This document shows positions 37,673 to 48,960 of a stretch of 64,000 nt of DNA, in pieces. Positions within the stretch are counted from its first letter, which is position 1; each line of letters opens with the position of its first letter. The stretch covers positions 80,273 to 144,272 of the forward strand of contig CAWDFE010000029.1 in NCBI GenBank assembly GCA_963801435.1. The letters are read 5' to 3'. The position numbers and the translations under genes were made by a program. Under the pieces are notes generated by a model, which saw nothing but the letters and a program-made list of their open reading frames with translations, was not told the DNA's origin and did no database searches. The DNA comes from an uncultured Actinomycetota bacterium (lineage in GTDB: Bacteria > Actinomycetota > Thermoleophilia > Solirubrobacterales > Solirubrobacteraceae).

Positions 37673-40492
37673 GTGGCGGTGGCCGCCTCCTCGTCGATCG
37701 TGGTGGGACGTGACGGCGAGCTCGAGACGCTCGCGAGCGTTCGTCGCAGCCGTCGAGGGACCGCGCGCGCTGTTGCTCGAGGGCGATGCCGGGGTGGGCA
37801 AGACGACGCTGTGGGACGAGGGCCTGCGCGTGGCCGGCGCTGCCGGTCATCATGTATTGACGTGCGCGCCGGCGCTGAACGAGTCCCAGTTGTCGTTCGC
37901 CGGGATCGCCGACCTGCTCGACGGACCTGCTCGAGGACGCGCTGCCAGGACTATCTGTTCCGCAGCGCCGTGCTCTCGAGGTAGCGCTGTTGCGAGAGGA
38001 GACCGACGGTCCGCCGCCCGACGAGCGGGCGATCGCCGCCGCGTTTCTCGGGGTGCTCCATCACGCCGGCGACAGCGACCCGGTGCTGCTCGCCATTGAT
38101 GACGCGCAGTGGCTTGACTCCCCGTCGCGGTCGGTGCTCGAGTTCGTCGTGCGGCGGCTCGGTGACGAGCCCGTCGCGCTGTTGGTCTCGCGGCGCGGGT
38201 CAGGGGACGGTGAGGCGCCGCTGCATCTCGATCGTGCGCTTGGCCCGCAGCGGGTGCAGCGGATCGTCGTCGCGCCCCTGAGCCTCGGGGCGTTTCATCG
38301 CCTGCTTCAGGAGCGCCTCGGCGCGTCGTTTCCACGGCCCGTCTTGCGGCGGCTGCACGAGAACGCGGGCGGCAACCCGTTCTACGGACTCGAGCTCGCC
38401 CGCGCGCTGGCGCGCCGCGACGGGCCGGTCGATCTGGATGAGCCGCTACCGGTTCCGGTGAGCCTGCAGGAGCTCGTCGCAGAGCGCCTGGAGGCGCTGT
38501 CTCCCGACGCGCGCCGCCTGCTCGAAATCGTCTCCGCGCTTCTCGATCGCCGCACGACCGTGGTCGCCGACCTCGCGCGCGACGAGGGGCTCGAGGGCGC
38601 GATCGACGAGGCGGTCGCCGTCGGTGTGCTGGAGGTGCGCGGCCGGCGCCTGGCGTTCTCCCACCCGCTGCTCGCGTCGGGGGTCTACGCCGAGATCGGA
38701 CCGGAGCGCCGGCGCGAGCTTCACCGGCTGCTGGTGACGCGCACCGCCGGCGAGGAGGAGCACGCGATCCACCTCGGGTTCGCGACCGACGAGCCCGATG
38801 CCGAGGTCGCGGCCCAGCTCGCCCGCGCAGCCGACCGGGCCCGCGCGCGAGGCGCCACGGCGACCGCGGGCCGGCTTGCCGAGAACGCGGCGCGCTTGAC
38901 CCCGCCCGGCGACGACGAGGGAGCGCGGCGGACGATCGCCGCCGCCGGCTACTACCTGCACGCGGGTGACCAGGTTCACGGACGGACGATGCTCGAGGCG
39001 TTGATCGAACGCCTCGAGCCCGGTGTGGTGCGTGCCGAGGCGCTGTCGTTCCTGGCGTGGATTCCACCGACCGACGGCGACCTCGCGGCGCCGGTGCGCC
39101 TCGGCGAACAGGCGCTGGCCGAAGGGGGCGACGATCCCAGTGCTGTGCGCCGCGACACATCTGCGGGTCGGGGCGATCGAGCTGATCCGCGGGCACCTCG
39201 ACGTGAGCGCCGCCCACGGCCGGGCCGCCGAGAAGATCGCGCGCGAGGTCGACGACGACGGCCTGCTGACGCTCACGCTGGCCTCGGTCGGCTACATCGA
39301 GATGCTCCGTGGCGCCGGCATCGTGGCCGAGACCCGCGACGCGATGGCCATCGAGCGGATGCTCGATAATTCTCCCGGATCGGTTTCGGTCGGTCGCGGG
39401 ATGATCCTCGCCGGAATGACGCTGGCCGATTGCGGCGAGCTCGACGAGGCGCGCACGCTTCTCAGCAAGATTCTCGCCCGCGTGACCGAGGCCGGCAACG
39501 AGGTCGGACGCGCCGGCGTGCTGTTCCATCTCGCCGAGGTCGATCGCCGTGCTGGCAATTGGGAGGAGGCCTCGGCGCTGTCGACACGCTCGCGCAACCT
39601 GTTCGCCCAGACCGGCGGCGACTATGCGGCGTCGCCGGTCGTCGGGGTCCTGCTCGACGCGGGAATGGGCCGCGTCGAACAGGCGCGCCGCGACGGGCTG
39701 GCCGGACTTGACGCCGCTCAGCGGCTCGGCGATGCCCAGGCGACGCTGGACCACCGCGGCGCGCTGGGGTTCGTCGAGTTGTGTGCCGGCGATTTCGATG
39801 CGGCGGCCAGGTGGCTGCGCCCGGCGACTGATGTTCTGTTCGCGATGGAGATCGGCGAGCTGGCGGTGCACCCGGTCGTCCATCACGAGGTCGAGGCGGC
39901 GATCGCCACAGGCGACCTCGAGCGGGCGCAGTACGTCGTCGGCCGGGTCGAGGAGCTCGCTCGTAGGACCGGGCGTCCGTGGGCGCGGATGATCGCCGCC
40001 CGCGGGCGCGGCCAGCTGCTCGCCGCCGGCGGCGATCTCGAGGGCGCGCTGATCAGCCTCGGGCTGGCGATGGAGACCAACGTCGAGATCGGCGAGCCGT
40101 TCGAGTTCGCCCGCACGCTGATGGCGGTCGGGATCACCGAACGCCGCGCCAAGCGCAAGCGCGCCGCGCGCGAGGCGCTGCTGCGCGCCGCGGAGATCTT
40201 CGCCGGTCTGCCGGCCCCGGTCTGGGCGGCACGCGCGCAGGCGGAGATCAAACGTCTCGGGTTGCGCGCGGAAGGCAACGCGCTGACCGAGACCGAGGCG
40301 CGGATCGCGACGCTAGCCGCCAACGGGCGCACGAATCCCGAGATCGCCGCGGAGGTCTTCCTCAGCCGCAAGACGGTCGAGGACAACCTCTCGAAGATCT
40401 ACCGCAAGCTCGGGATCCGGTCACGGATCGAGCTGGCCCGCAACTACCCGCGGAGCACCACGTCACAGGACGACCGGGACCTCACCGATTGA
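37673..40492 (+). pseudogene. LuxR-family AAA ATPase regulator (LAL/MalT-like) with frameshifts
   Basis: VGRDGEL, GDAGVGKT, IDDAQWLD, GGNPF and C-terminal LTETE..IA.LAA.G.TN.EIA HTH, spread over several frames. Confidence 0.85.
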
Positions 40493-40552
40493 TGGGAACG
40501 CGCGTGGATCTCACCATGCGCCCACCCATCCAACGAATTACAGGAGTCACCC

Positions 40553-41989
40553 GTGACCACCGTCGCCCCCTTTCCGGCAGCCCCTGACTGGAGTACTGGC
40601 ACCTACGAGACCACTGCCGAGCAGCTACGACCGGCCGCCGCGGTCCTCGTCGACCGGGCCGCGCCCGAACCCGGCGAGACCGTGGTCGACATCGGCTGCG
40701 GGACTGGCACCGCGACGTTGCTGTCGGCGCTACGAGGCGCGCGTGCGGTCGGCGTTGACCCGGCGCACCGACTGCTCCAGGTCGCTCGTGACGCTGCCGC
40801 GCAACAAGGCCTGGGTGCCGCGTTCCTACTCGGCGAGGCTGGAGCGCTGCCGGTCGGCGACGGCGAGGCCGATGTCGTGCTGTCGTCGTTCGGTCTGATC
40901 TTCGTCAACGACCCCGCGGCCGCGGCCGCCGAGATCGCTCGCGTTCGCGCTCCCCGAGGGCGGGTCGTATTCACGGCATGGGCACCGGGAAACGCGCTTG
41001 ACCGAGCCTTCGCGAGCATGGTCGTCGCCCTGACCAGTGCGCTCGCCGGTCACGGCGTCACGGCGCCCTCGCGTTTTGCCTGGCACGACCCCGACGCCCT
41101 AACCACCTTGTTCGCTCCGCTCGGGCTCAGCGCGCGGCTCGAGCAGCATGACCTCCAGATGACCAACGAGTCGGTAAGCGTGTACTTTGAGGAATGCATC
41201 GCGACGCATCCGCTGTGGGTCAGCGCCGCGCCGCTGCTAGCGGAGATCGGCGAGTCTCAGGCCGTGCGCGCAAAGATCATCGAGACGCTCACCCACGCCA
41301 ACGAAGACCCGTCCGCGTTCCGGATCACGAGCCGCTACGTCGTCGTTTCGCTTGACGGTATACCGCCAGCGCAGCAGCTTCGAGCGCTGGGCGACAGCGT
41401 CTCGCTGCCCGGCGAACAGGCATACGAGGATGGTCGGCAGACCTACTCGCTAGGACCTTGGCGCGAGCAGGACCGCGACGAGGTGATCCGGTTCATCACG
41501 AGCATTCAGCAACGGGAATTCGGGCTTGAGATCTCCGCGGACGATCAGCCCGACATCCACGATGTCGAGAAGTTCTACCGTGCCACCGGCGGGGAATTCT
41601 GGGTTGCCAGGCACGCGGGTGCGGTCGTTGGAACGATCGCGGCGAGCAACCTCGGTGGCGGCCTGGTTGCTTTGCGAAAGCTGTTCGTCGCCGACAACCA
41701 CCGGGGGAAAGGCCGCGGGTTGGCGCTGCGGTTGATGGACGTACTCGTTACGTGGGCCGACCACACACAAGTTCGCGACATCTATCTCGGTACAACCGAC
41801 GAGATGCACGCCGCACATCGCTTCTACGCCAGGCAGGGCTTTGTCCAGATCGAGCGCGATGAGCTCCCGGCATCGTTCCCGGTCATGCTCGTCGACTCTC
41901 GGTTCTACCGGCGGCCCCTCATCGTCTCCTCGAAGATCGAGCGGAGCACCGCGGAAACGCGATTGACTCCGAGTCCGAGCGCGACGTAG
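40553..41989 (+). CDS. SAM methyltransferase-GNAT acetyltransferase fusion
   Basis: VVDIGCGTG in the N-terminal half; LRKLFV...HRGKG.GLA and AAHRFYARQGF in the C-terminal half. Confidence 0.8.
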   Translation: MTTVAPFPAAPDWSTGTYETTAEQLRPAAAVLVDRAAPEPGETVVDIGCGTGTATLLSALRGARAVGVDPAHRLLQVARDAAAQQGLGAAFLLGEAGALPVGDGEADVVLSSFGLIFVNDPAAAAAEIARVRAPRGRVVFTAWAPGNALDRAFASMVVALTSALAGHGVTAPSRFAWHDPDALTTLFAPLGLSARLEQHDLQMTNESVSVYFEECIATHPLWVSAAPLLAEIGESQAVRAKIIETLTHANEDPSAFRITSRYVVVSLDGIPPAQQLRALGDSVSLPGEQAYEDGRQTYSLGPWREQDRDEVIRFITSIQQREFGLEISADDQPDIHDVEKFYRATGGEFWVARHAGAVVGTIAASNLGGGLVALRKLFVADNHRGKGRGLALRLMDVLVTWADHTQVRDIYLGTTDEMHAAHRFYARQGFVQIERDELPASFPVMLVDSRFYRRPLIVSSKIERSTAETRLTPSPSAT

Positions 41990-41990
41990 C

Positions 41991-42758
41991 GTGAGCGGCG
42001 TGCGTGTTGCAGAGCTGTGGCGCTATCCCGTCAAGTCGCTTCAGGGAGAGCGGCTGGACTCTGTGTGGTTCGACCGCAACGGGCTCACGGGAGATCGTAG
42101 CTTTGCAATCTACGACGTCGCGACCGGGTTCGGCCTGACCGCACGCCGAGCACCGGAGCTGCTGTTCGCGTCCGCCCGGCTGCGCGACGACGATGCAGCT
42201 GAGATCATGTTGCCCGACGGGTCTCTCGCGACCGACGATGCTGCTCTTTCGCAGTGGCTCGGACGGCCGGTGGAGCTGCGGTTCGCAACCGCTCGTGGTG
42301 CCCGTCGCTACGAGAACGTCATCGACTTCGAGCGCGAGCCAACGAGCGAGTGGGCTCCGTTTGAGGGAGCCCCCGGCGCGTTTCACGACTCGGCCGGGGC
42401 GCGGGTGTCGCTGGTATCGACCGCGACGATCGGACCGTGGCATCAGCGCCGCTTTCGGTCCAATGTGCTGCTGGACGGTGAGGGCGAGGACGCGCTTGTC
42501 GGAGCGTCGATTGCGCTGGGTGACGCGATACTCGAGGTCGGCATGCGCATCCAGCGGTGCGTCATGACAACGCGCCGGCAACCCGGCGGGATCGACCGCG
42601 ATCTCAGCGTTATGCGGACCATCGCCCGTGAACGCGACTCCCGTCTCGCCGTCGGGGCGCTTGTCCGCCAACCGGGCGTCGTACGCGTCGGTGACACACC
42701 CGAGTTGATCCCTACGGCCCATCACGGTCCAGGGATCTGCGCGCCGCATCCGCGATAA
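41991..42758 (+). CDS. MOSC domain protein
   Basis: LWRYPVKSLQGE, RRFRSN and RCVMTT motifs. Confidence 0.9.
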   Translation: MSGVRVAELWRYPVKSLQGERLDSVWFDRNGLTGDRSFAIYDVATGFGLTARRAPELLFASARLRDDDAAEIMLPDGSLATDDAALSQWLGRPVELRFATARGARRYENVIDFEREPTSEWAPFEGAPGAFHDSAGARVSLVSTATIGPWHQRRFRSNVLLDGEGEDALVGASIALGDAILEVGMRIQRCVMTTRRQPGGIDRDLSVMRTIARERDSRLAVGALVRQPGVVRVGDTPELIPTAHHGPGICAPHPR

Positions 42759-42925
42759 CGGGCCGTCCGCCGGCTCGCCAGCTGCCGTTACGGGCGGGCG
42801 CGCCCCTCGAGGTCGAGCCAAACATCCGCTGTGCGGCCGTGCGTACGGATCATCGACGCGCTCTTGGTCTAGGACTAGGGAGCTCCCCGATTGATCGCGG
42901 GTGAGCGCGCTGGGATATTCGGAGA

Positions 42926-45900
42926 GTGCTTGCTCCTCGCCTCGTCTTGTTGCTGGTTGCGGCGCTACTCGGCGCCGCCGCGGTGGCCGTCGCCCCATCC
43001 GCCCAGGCGGCCGTGCCGCTCGTTGCGGTCCCGTTCAGCGCGCACGGCTGGCACCCAGCCGGCGTCTCCTCGCGGCAAGCTCGCGGCGACCTGGCGCAGC
43101 GGCTCAGTCGCTCCTCGCTGCGGCCGACCGGCGTTCAGGTCATTGGTGCGCGGCGCCCCGCGACAACGCTGCGCGACGAGGCGTTCGTGTTCGGCTCGGC
43201 TCCGGCGGCACGACGCGTCGTCGGAGCCTGGGCGGGGCGGCGCGCTGCGCGCGCCGGGGTCGGGCGGGATGGGCGGATGGTCGTTGGACGTGGCGTGGCG
43301 TCGGTGATCTGGCGCGAGGGCGCACGCGTTGGGCTGTTGATCCTGCGCGAGCGCACGGGGCGCTCCGCGTTGCTCCAGCAGGCGCTCCAGGACGCGCGCT
43401 TCGCCGACCGCTACCTGCGCGTGAGGCCCCCGAGCGACAGCTGGCTGCGCGTGCTCGCGGGCATCGGCGCGAACGGGCAGGTCAGCAGATTGACGGCGCT
43501 CGCGGCGTTCTCGCTGGCGTTCGGGCCGCTGCCGGGCGTGCGGCCGCCGCGCGGCCGGCACGCGGCGATTGAGTCCGGGACGCTCGCCGCGTGGTGGGCG
43601 CTGGCCTACCGCTCGCGGCTGACCGCCGCGCAGCGGGCCGCCGTCGATCGCAGGCTCGGGCTCCGCGTCCGGCGAGCCCGCGCCGCGTCGATGCTGGGAT
43701 TGGGTGGTCGAGCATTCACGGCGAACCCTCTGTACCAAAGGATCGCGAACGAGTGGCAGTCCGTGTACGAGGCCCGTCTCGGCCGTGCGCTCGGTCTGAC
43801 CATGGAGGTCGGCACATCGCCCGATGTGAGCGCAGCCGCCGATGCGATGGCGCTCAACGCACAGGGGGAGTGGGGCAGCGGCCAGCCACGGAGCTGCCAG
43901 GTGGCGCTCGGACGGCTCGGGATCGCCGCGCCGCCAGATGCGCAGCGGCTGCTGATCGCCCACGAGGTGTTCCACTGCTTCCAGTGGGCGCTGCTCGGCT
44001 CGCGCACTTGGCGCCGCCCGGAGCCGTGGATCATCGAGGGGACGGCGACCTGGGCCGCCGACACCGTCGACCCGCTGCCGTTCGTGGTGGCTGACAGGCT
44101 GGGTCACGGAACTCTCGGAAGCATCACTGGCTATCTGGCGACGCCTCAGACGCCGCTGTTCTCACGCGCGTACGACGCCGTCGGCTTCTGGGGGCACTTG
44201 GCGGACGTCAACGGGCCACTGTGGGCGCTGATGCCGGCGATCCTTAACGCCCCTGGCGATGACGCCGCGTTTGCGGCCGCCGGCGGCAGCGACGAGGAGA
44301 ACGTGCTCTCAAGCTGGGGCTCGAGCGTCTTCAGGATCGGTTCAGTGCCAGGCTTCACGATGCACAGCCCGGTGCAACCGCCGAGCTTTGCCCAGCTCCG
44401 ACCGGGCTCGCTTGAGGACATCATCTCCGGGCCTGTCGCCGCGGCGCAGTACACAACCGCCCAGTACGTCGTCCGGCCGGCCGGCACCGCGCCGATCATC
44501 CATGTGGCGATCGACGGTCCCGCCCGTCTCTTGTCCGGGACCACCGAGTACACCGACCTGAGCGATGCCTGGTTCTGCGTCGAGGGTCGCGACTGCACCT
44601 GTCCGCCGGGCAGCGCCGGTGATGTGCCCCCGACCCGGCCGCTGACGATTCCGGCGTACCTCGGAATTAGCGGCCGGCCCGTCCTCGGCACGGCCGGCCT
44701 CGTCGAGCCCGCCACACTCGACGACTTCTGCCATCGCCGGCCCCAGCCGGCGCCGGTCCCGAGGCCCGGAGGCGCAGGCGGCCCAGCCCGCGGCGGACTC
44801 GGCTGCGACACGGCCTGTGGCAGCTCCGACGGGGACCCGCACCTGGAGGCGATCGACGGCTACGACTACGACTTCCAGGCCGCCGGAGAGTTCACCGCCG
44901 TCAAGTCGACGACGGACGATCTGGAGGTCCAGGAGCGCCAGCAGCCGTTCCGCTCGCCCGACGTGAGCGTCAACACGGCGGTGGCGATGCGCGTGACCGG
45001 CGATCGGGTGGAGATCGACGCCGGGCACACGCTGTCGGTGCTGATCGACGGAGCGAAGCAGGCCGTGATGGGGGCGCCGGTGGCCCTGCCGCACGGGGGA
45101 ACCGTCGCGCTCCGGTCTGGCGAGATCGTCGTCACCTGGCCCGATGGCACCCAGGTGCAGCTGTGGTCGGTCGGTCCCTGGGGGGTCTCGTATCTGTTCG
45201 AGCCCGTGCCGGCGCGCGCCGGCCAGCTCCGCGGACTGCTCGGTACCGACAGCGGCGACGCACGACACCTCGCCGGACGCGACGGCCACGTCTACGCGGC
45301 CGCGGCGCTGGAGGGCGCCCAGGGGTTCGCCACCAAGTACCGGCGCTTCGGTGAGAGCTGGCGGATCACGCCGGCGACGTCGCTGTTCACTTATCCCCGG
45401 GGCCGGAACACGGCGACTTACACCGACCGGAGCATCCCCAGGAGGCTCTACACGCTGCAATCGCTCCCGGCGAACGCCCGCAGCGCAGCGGCGGCGACCT
45501 GCCGACGGCGCGGGGTGACCCGCGCGGCGATCCTGCGGGACTGCGTGCTCGATGTCGCCGCCACCGGAGAGGCGGGCTTCGCAGCGTCGGGCGGGACCCT
45601 CCAGCGGACCGCCGGATCCCATCATGCGCTGGCACCGCCGCCACCGGCGGGGTCGGCGCCGGGCGGCGGGACCCGCGCCACCAAGTTCGTCACTACCTGT
45701 GAGACCTCGGTGCCCCCTGACGCCGACGGGCAGATTCCGGTCGGGACCGACGTGGAGATCGACTACGAGCTGGAGACGGCTGGCGGTGAGGACTTCGACA
45801 CCACCGGACAGATCGTCAGCCACTGGCCGCAGGACGACGTCCTAGACATCGGTGAAACGAGCACCTCCGACTCCCACGAGCTCGACGATCCCGGAATCCA

Positions 45901-45982
45901 CAGCGCCTACGTCACGTTCGCCGGGGACGCCGATCACGACGCCACCCAGAGCATCACCTGCACCTGGAACGTGGCGAGCTGA
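42926..45982 (+). CDS. Secreted zinc metallopeptidase-like protein with VWD domain
   Basis: Signal peptide; AHEVFH...W..EGTA; GDPHL...YDFQAAGEF; FGESWR and DCVLDV motifs. Confidence 0.8.
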   Translation: MLAPRLVLLLVAALLGAAAVAVAPSAQAAVPLVAVPFSAHGWHPAGVSSRQARGDLAQRLSRSSLRPTGVQVIGARRPATTLRDEAFVFGSAPAARRVVGAWAGRRAARAGVGRDGRMVVGRGVASVIWREGARVGLLILRERTGRSALLQQALQDARFADRYLRVRPPSDSWLRVLAGIGANGQVSRLTALAAFSLAFGPLPGVRPPRGRHAAIESGTLAAWWALAYRSRLTAAQRAAVDRRLGLRVRRARAASMLGLGGRAFTANPLYQRIANEWQSVYEARLGRALGLTMEVGTSPDVSAAADAMALNAQGEWGSGQPRSCQVALGRLGIAAPPDAQRLLIAHEVFHCFQWALLGSRTWRRPEPWIIEGTATWAADTVDPLPFVVADRLGHGTLGSITGYLATPQTPLFSRAYDAVGFWGHLADVNGPLWALMPAILNAPGDDAAFAAAGGSDEENVLSSWGSSVFRIGSVPGFTMHSPVQPPSFAQLRPGSLEDIISGPVAAAQYTTAQYVVRPAGTAPIIHVAIDGPARLLSGTTEYTDLSDAWFCVEGRDCTCPPGSAGDVPPTRPLTIPAYLGISGRPVLGTAGLVEPATLDDFCHRRPQPAPVPRPGGAGGPARGGLGCDTACGSSDGDPHLEAIDGYDYDFQAAGEFTAVKSTTDDLEVQERQQPFRSPDVSVNTAVAMRVTGDRVEIDAGHTLSVLIDGAKQAVMGAPVALPHGGTVALRSGEIVVTWPDGTQVQLWSVGPWGVSYLFEPVPARAGQLRGLLGTDSGDARHLAGRDGHVYAAAALEGAQGFATKYRRFGESWRITPATSLFTYPRGRNTATYTDRSIPRRLYTLQSLPANARSAAAATCRRRGVTRAAILRDCVLDVAATGEAGFAASGGTLQRTAGSHHALAPPPPAGSAPGGGTRATKFVTTCETSVPPDADGQIPVGTDVEIDYELETAGGEDFDTTGQIVSHWPQDDVLDIGETSTSDSHELDDPGIHSAYVTFAGDADHDATQSITCTWNVAS

Positions 45983-46155
45983 ACCGGCCCCGGAGACGGC
46001 GCGGGCGTCTCCGGACCTCCGCAGCCGGCCGAGCGCCGCCGGGGCGGTGACACCGTCGCGGTGGCGGAGCTCGGTCTGATCGCCGTGGTCGTTGGCCGGC
46101 GGAGTCAGCGGGCCTGATGGCACCTGGCGGGGCTTGTCAGGTTCTGCGTCACGGG

Positions 46156-47079
46156 TCAGGCGGCGATCTCGTGGGCCACGCTCACGCGGCGGGCGGCGGA
46201 CAGCCGCCCGGCGTGCGGACCGTGGTAGACGCCGGAGACGGGCGCAACGTCGCGGTAGTCGCGGCCCACGGCGACGGTGAGGTAGCGGAGGTCCGCCCGC
46301 CGGTCGTGTGTCGGGTCCCAGGCGAGGATCTCGACCGCCTGGCCGGGAACGGGCTGGAGCACTTCGACCCACGCGTGGGTGCCGCCTTCGCCGATGAGAT
46401 GTCCGGACACGTAGCGAGCGGGGATGCCGAGCAGCCGGCACAGCGCAACCATCAGATGCGCGTAGTCCTGGCAGACGCCGTGTCGGGCGGCAAGGGCCTG
46501 GCCTGCCGTCGTGTGCACGCTGGTTTGATCAAAGCCGTAGCTCATGGTCCGATACACCCAACCTCCCACGGCGCGAGCAAGGTCAGCACCCGTCTCGCGG
46601 CTGCCGGCAAGCGTGGCGGCTACGGCGCGCAGACCGGTGTCCGGGCGGGTGAGAGCCGACGGCAGGAGATAGATGCCAAGCGTCTGGTTCGTGGCCGCCT
46701 CGAGGTGCGGCCCCTGCCCGGCGAGCCGCTCCACGATCAGCGATACGTCGAAGTCGACGGACTCGTCTACGTTCGGGACGCGGATCTCAAAGATGACGTT
46801 GCCGAACCGGTCGATGCGCATCCGTTGGCACGAGCCCGGCTGGCTGACGTCCAGGCGGTGGCTGAGTACCCGCTGGTTGCCGTGAACCGGGCGGGGCACC
46901 ACCACGAGGCGCTGCCGGAGGTTGCAGATAGGCGCCGTGTAGCGGTAGCGGAAGTGCTGCCGCACCTCGTAGACAGTCCGCTGGATCTGGCTGGCGTCCG
47001 TCGCGTGGTCACGAAAGCCGACCGGGAGGATGTCCGCGTCATACCGCCCGCCCGATTCGTGTTGTGAGCTGAGTTCCAC
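46156..47079 (-). CDS. Transglutaminase-like protein
   Basis: GVCQDYAH, ARYVSG, HAWVE, DPT and GRDY motifs. Confidence 0.9.
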   Translation of the reverse strand: MELSSQHESGGRYDADILPVGFRDHATDASQIQRTVYEVRQHFRYRYTAPICNLRQRLVVVPRPVHGNQRVLSHRLDVSQPGSCQRMRIDRFGNVIFEIRVPNVDESVDFDVSLIVERLAGQGPHLEAATNQTLGIYLLPSALTRPDTGLRAVAATLAGSRETGADLARAVGGWVYRTMSYGFDQTSVHTTAGQALAARHGVCQDYAHLMVALCRLLGIPARYVSGHLIGEGGTHAWVEVLQPVPGQAVEILAWDPTHDRRADLRYLTVAVGRDYRDVAPVSGVYHGPHAGRLSAARRVSVAHEIAA

Positions 47080-47089
47080 AGGCAGTGCC

Positions 47090-47950
47090 CTACCCCAGCC
47101 GATCGTCGCGGGCTGCGGTGGCGGGAACAATCTCGTCCGCCCACACGATCATCCGCTCGAGCAACAGCTTGCCGTAGGACGTCACCATCGCGACGTCCAT
47201 GGCGTCGCGACCTCGCGCGATGACCACACGCCCGATCCGGCTAGCGTTGTTGCGGGGATCAAACGTCCACCACCGTCCACCGAGGTAGACCTCCATCCAA
47301 GCGCAAAAGTCCATCGCCTCGGGCGGCGGCGGCACATCGATGTCCGGCAGATATCCGAACACGTAGCGTGCCGGGATGTTCAGAGCTCGGCAGAACGAGA
47401 TCGCGAGGTGAGCAAAGTCACGGCAGACGCCACTCCTCGCCTCAAAGACATCGACCGACGTCGCGTCAGGGTTGCTGGCGGCGTAATCAAAGCGGACGTT
47501 ATCGTGAACCCAGTCACAGACGGCCTGCACTCGCTCCCACCCCAGTGGTGTCGTCCCGAACAGGCTCAACGCCGCGTCAGACAGCAGGTCGGACAGGCAA
47601 TAGCGGCTAGCCAGCATGTAGATGAGGATCTCGCCAGGCAGGTCCTCAACCCGGTGCTGCACCGCCACCGGGCCGACCTCATCCGGGGCGCCCGACGTCG
47701 TGACCTCGGCGTCGTAACGCAGGCTCGCGTTCCCCGCTCCGATCACAACACGCCTGGCGTGGTTGCCGTACATGTCGACGAGATCTGAGAACGACGCACT
47801 GGGCTGCACATCCCACGTCTCGCGTTCAACCGTCACGCCGCCATCAGAGCGGGCGCGCAGGAGCACGACCGCCGGGACCGGAAGCGCCGCCTCGAAGTGA
47901 AACTCGCACCCCACCCGTACCCGCACCAGGCCGTGTTCGTACGAGCTCAT
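47090..47950 (-). CDS. Transglutaminase-like protein
   Basis: SRYC, GVCRDFAH, DFCAW and GRDA motifs. Confidence 0.9.
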   Translation of the reverse strand: MSSYEHGLVRVRVGCEFHFEAALPVPAVVLLRARSDGGVTVERETWDVQPSASFSDLVDMYGNHARRVVIGAGNASLRYDAEVTTSGAPDEVGPVAVQHRVEDLPGEILIYMLASRYCLSDLLSDAALSLFGTTPLGWERVQAVCDWVHDNVRFDYAASNPDATSVDVFEARSGVCRDFAHLAISFCRALNIPARYVFGYLPDIDVPPPPEAMDFCAWMEVYLGGRWWTFDPRNNASRIGRVVIARGRDAMDVAMVTSYGKLLLERMIVWADEIVPATAARDDRLG

Positions 47951-48634
47951 CAGAAACGCTCGGTCCCGTGGCCCCGGGCCACGATTCGTAATTCTCCGTG
48001 CCTGGAATGCGTCGCGCGAAACGACGGCCCGCCAATCGCGGTCACATTCACATACCTCAGCCTTCGAGCTGTCGGGTTCAATGCGTCGGGCCGTCCCTGA
48101 ATCGAAGGGCACCATAGGGCAGCGCCCCCACCGTCATATCCTAAACCGCCCGCCAACCATGTCATTGGCCACCGGTCCAAGACCACAGACCGCCCATTGG
48201 CCACCTGGCACGGCGCGTAAAGCCCCGCCGACGCGCCCACGCCGATCCCACCACGCAGGGGCGAAAACGTGCGGCCGCTTGTCCCCGGCCGCCACCCCCA
48301 CCACCGCGACCGCCGTGGCCGGTGGCGACCACAGGGAGTTTCTGGACGAGCTTGGCGCTCTTCGCCACATGGGATATTGACGACGTTCCCCCCTCGTTGT
48401 GGACTCTCGCGCGCCACCAACCGGCCCGCGAGGATCCCGATCCGGGCAGAGGAAGTCTCACTGTCGATGGCTCAGCGCACGTCGAGAACGTCGGCTTCGG
48501 GCGCTCGGCTTCGGCTCCGATGTCGTCGCAGAAGCCGAACGCTCAACGAGCATTGTCCGGGGGCAGCTCGCTGGGCCTGAGGTTGGTCGTGCAGGAGGGC
48601 GCTCGCCTGGATAATCGACTCGTGGCTGAGTCGG

Positions 48635-48960
48635 GTGTGCAGCGCAGCGTCGAGGTTGAGGCAGCGGCCTGGATCGGTGCTCGCCTCTCGCCGTTTGACT
48701 CCGGTGTGGTCACGTCGGTCGTCCCGGCCGGCTTTGAGGCCTATGCGCGCGTACTGCATCCACTCGACCCGGGAACGCGCGGTCAGCAGCCGGGCCGATG
48801 GATAGATGTCGCCGCATGGAGCGGAGTTGAGCTGGTGCCGGGCATCGACTTCCCCGACATCGCGGTGCCCGAGCACGAGCCGAGCGGTGTGGAGCCGTGG
48901 CCGGGCCACGTGCCGGAGGTCGGGACCCTGCACCCGGCTGACGCGGATGCGCTCGCCGCG
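48635..48960 (+). pseudogene. Truncated actinobacterial hypothetical protein
   Basis: VTSVVPAGFEAYARVLHP...W..VA segment running directly into the IS481 fragment. Confidence 0.55.
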
